Assembly: GCF_030028105.1 (NCBI RefSeq)
Contig: NW_027276479.1
Span: 1 to 39,065 of the forward strand
Length of the DNA: 39,065 nucleotides
Direction of reading: 5' to 3'
DNA from: Mobula birostris
Taxonomy: Eukaryota
In this document: piece by piece, positions 36,093-39,065 of the stretch
Layout: each line of letters opens with the position of its first letter
How positions within the stretch are numbered: the first letter of the stretch is position 1
Notes under the pieces: generated by a model
The model's database searches: none
What the model saw: the letters and a program-made list of their open reading frames with translations, nothing else
Told to the model about the DNA's origin: nothing
Made by a program: the position numbers and the translations under genes

Positions 36093-36120
36093 TGACGGCT
36101 GCGTCACTTCCTGCGCGTCA
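36093..36120 (-). promoter_or_regulatory. ETS/CRE composite promoter motif upstream of second orphan leader
   Basis: Minus strand TGACGCGCAGGAAGTGACGCAGCCGTCA. Confidence 0.55.
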
Positions 36121-36699
36121 CACCCTGGGCACCATTACGAATCAAAGCCGAAAGAAGAGCGAAGTTGGAAGTGCAGTTGATGTTGAAAGACAGTCCCAGG
36201 ATTTGGCGAGGAGAAGATAGCGGCGCGACGCAGCGCGCGCGGCCGCTCCGATATAACATCCGTATTTGTTAAGAGGGAAACAGTGCACAATCCTGATTAG
36301 ACGGAGACAGAAGTGAGCAGCACGGAGGAACATCTGGAGAAACTTATGAAATGCCGCTGCTACTGTGCGATCAAGAATCTCCGGCGGGGGGCGGGGGAGG
36401 GAGGGGGAAGGGCCAAATCCTCGGCTTGAATTAACGGCTTCTCAGACAGAGGACGGAGGAGATGATTTAGTCCCTCGGAGTCTCGAGTGGATGGCCGTTC
36501 CGTTATCAGAGCAGATTTTCGCCGGCTGTCAATCAGTGAGCGTGAAGTGCCTGCAGTCAGAGGCCGCTGTGTAGCGGCCAGTCAGAGAAACGCGCCCGGC
36601 GGGAATACTCATTTCGTGTTTACTTTACATATAAATACAATGCAAAACAGACCTTTTCAGCCCAACGAGCTACACTGCTCAGAAAACCACTAACCTCAC

Positions 36700-36850
36700 C
36701 CCAGAGCAGAACATGGCAATGTAAAATGACCAATTCAGCTGCTAACCTGCGCGTGCTCGGACTGTGGGAGGAAGCCGGATCACCCGGAGCAAACACGCGC
36801 CCTTCACGGCGAGAACGTGCAAACTCCGGACAGATGACGACTGGATCAGT
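36700..36850 (-). mobile_element. HE1-like V-SINE remnant
   Basis: gggaggaagccggatcacccggagcaaacacgcg..gagaacgtgcaaactcc is the reverse complement of the V-SINE core. Confidence 0.7.
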
Positions 36851-37683
36851 TTGCTGAGTTTAGACGGGATGTGGGCAGGAATCGAGCATGATATGGTGGT
36901 TCACGATACGGGCGGTAGGGGGCGCTGCGGCCAGCAAAATAAGGAATTGCTGTCAATCAAAGCCAGTCTCCGCTGTGGGGCCGTCACTCAGAAGAGGATG
37001 GGAGCGAAAATATATACCGAAGACATCCGTGACTATTTTGGAGCGGTTGTGGCAATTCCTTACACTTTCTGCCCCATCACAGTTGAATCAGGTAATGGAT
37101 GTCACTGCGAATAGGGTATAATAAGAGATCCTTTAACTCCTCACTTCACCCAGTCATCCTTTCATGGGCAGAGGCCGCCGACAGCTGTTCATCAGATCAC
37201 CCTGTCCTGGAGCAGAAGTTCAATTTGTACCCAAGAGAAGCTTAACTTTAAAAATGCTTCCTCTCCCTGGGATGAGTACTTTGGAGAATCTGTTGGCGTT
37301 TCCGTACCTCTGCGTTTGACGGGGTGGAAGTGCGAGCCCCCATGCCCAACCCTGCTCCATTTCTCGACCTTTCAAAGAATCTCATTTCACGTCCCATGTG
37401 CTTCTCGTTACATTAGCGGTCGCACTCAAGAGTGACGATCCACCCGTGCTGAAGATCGGTAAGAAGTTTGCTCGTAAGGAAGGATGGAGAGAGAAGATCA
37501 GTGCGCGGATTATCTTTTCCTATTTGAATGCTTTAGTGGAGGACATGGAAAGTTGTACCACCGCCCCTTCCTTCACTAATTTGCCGCTACGGCGCGTATG
37601 ACAAATCATAGACCCACCCACACTATGATTGACAGGAGTCGTGTTTCCTGTTTTGTTGACAGCAGCGAGTACGCTGACAGTGA

Positions 37684-37722
37684 AGTTTTTGTTCGGCTGC
37701 CCCGTCAGTCTGAGCCGCCGTG
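37684..37722 (-). other. 23-RSS of V4c
   Basis: CACGGCG + 23 bp + ACAAAAACT. Confidence 0.88.
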
Positions 37723-38360
37723 AACACTCCAGGCGCAGAAATACACGGCCGCCAAATTCGCCTCCAGTTTGTCGGACTTCAGGAAGATCTTGTTGCTCTG
37801 CGGTCTCTCCGCCGTAAAACCGCCGACCGGGTCCTTTGGCAGCACGGCTTTAACTATCGCCGAGTAAAACATGTTCTCCGGACCCTTTCCCGGGAATTGT
37901 CGATACCAGTACAACACGTTACCAGCACTGCCAATACCCTCTACTGTGCAATTCAGAGTCACCTTCTGGCCGGCAGTTCCGGAGAAAGCCGGCGTCTGGT
38001 CGATCGTCACCGAGGTCGCGTCTGGAAAAAAAGAGACGAGCTTGGCTGAACGGGGAAAAGGGGAGCGGAGACGCGGATCAATGGGGATGGGGATAAGCAA
38101 GGTACATTGAAGGATGCAAAAAAGATGACTGAAGATGGGGACATTTTGAGAGGAGATCGGAATTTAATGGCGGCGGCAGTGGGCAGATAGTCTGCGGCCG
38201 TATGTGTTCGTAAATAAGTACGGAATGAGTCCGAGACGACGGGAGGGCAAAGCAAGTGGAAGGAACGTGAAAGGAAGACACAAGCAGAGAATGAAAAAAA
38301 AATATTTGGGAACTTTCACTCACAGCGGAAGGCGAGGATGAATTGCAGAAACAGAAACAT
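37723..38360 (-). CDS. TRBV: TCR V segment V4c, intact (leader 38360-38324, V exon 38021-37723)
   Basis: Leader MFLFLQFILAFR T|GTGAGT; open exon ATSVTIDQTPAFSGTAGQKVTLNC..VLYWYRQ..AERPQSNKIFLKSDKLEANLAAVYFCAWSV. Confidence 0.88.
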
Positions 38361-39065
38361 CTTCCTTGGAGGGTTTACTCTCTCAGTGATGAAAGTGGTC
38401 CGGGCGGCAGAGACGAATTCATTCACTTCATCCCCGTTTGTTACGTATCCCTGTGACGGAGGTGGATTTGCGGAAGTAGCTATTGCCCACGCCCCTTTCA
38501 TGAACCTGCCCCGATTCGAGAGATAGGCCTCCCTCCGGCGCAGCTGAGAAAGTGTCCACAATGATGAGCGACAGGCCGAATGGGCGGGAGGTAGGTTTAG
38601 GGAGACTGCAGATAGCTTGAAGTCTCAATCTAGTTGGCCTTACTGGGAAGTTACGATCAACACGGTCATGTAACGAAGAACCGGCTGTGAACTTCCTTGC
38701 GCGGAAGAATTTCTCTTATTTGAATGCTTAGGAAAGAAACGAAAGAGCAACGCCTGCGCCACGTACTCTGACGAATAGCAACATATCGCATTCTGAGTGA
38801 AAGCCTCTTCCTGCATGACAGTCGGCTCAACGGTTATCTTGCTAACAACGGGCTTCTGTTGTGCGTGAAAGAATTCCATTCCTGACGACCCCGAGATCCC
38901 AAACAACCGAGCGTGGAACCCAGGTTCTCCTGTTCCTTAACACCTCACGCCATTCACTGTGTGTGTCCTACCCTTGCACACTGAGGTCCCCCGGTCCCTT
39001 GACACTCCCCACAGTCGACTGTGAGTCCTATCCTTATATACTGAGGGCCCGTTGCGCCATGGTTG

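Noticed and set aside
1-39065. D, J, C segments, germline-joined VDJ, or IgH/IgNAR/NAR-TCR identity
   Set aside because: No 12-RSS, no FGxG-donor J exon and no C1 exon seen by eye. V ends are CAWS/CASS rather than CAR, and the leader-V-23RSS layout fits TCR V segments.
1-39065. CRISPR arrays, rRNA or tRNA genes
   Set aside because: None seen; the tRNA-like heads belong to decayed SINEs.

Overview
Vertebrate, almost certainly cartilaginous-fish (shark/ray) genomic DNA, judged from HE1-like V-SINE, CR1, Rex-Babar and Penelope repeats. The window is part of a T-cell receptor variable-segment array, most likely TCR-beta. I count 11 V segments, each with a short leader exon, a phase-1 intron, a V exon and a 23-bp-spacer recombination signal sequence (RSS). 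Ten end in CAWS/CGWS with an A.RP....F.L FR3, resembling mammalian TRBV30; one ends in CASS. Family names V1-V5 are my labels. Orientation is mixed. The 3 plus-strand segments (V1a-c) are all intact with perfect RSSs. Of the 8 minus-strand segments, 6 are disabled as assembled and the 2 intact ones (V4a, V4c) carry a CACGGCG heptamer. The left half is a tandem array of a V2(-)/V1(+)/V3(-) cassette. Other features: two promoter+leader modules with no recognisable V exon, CTCF-like sites all on the minus strand, a CAGGAA (ETS-type) motif just beyond nearly every RSS, and a long-ORF Penelope retroelement with a verifiable target-site duplication. I saw no D, J or C segments. Locus assignment, protein binding and function are inferred, not tested.
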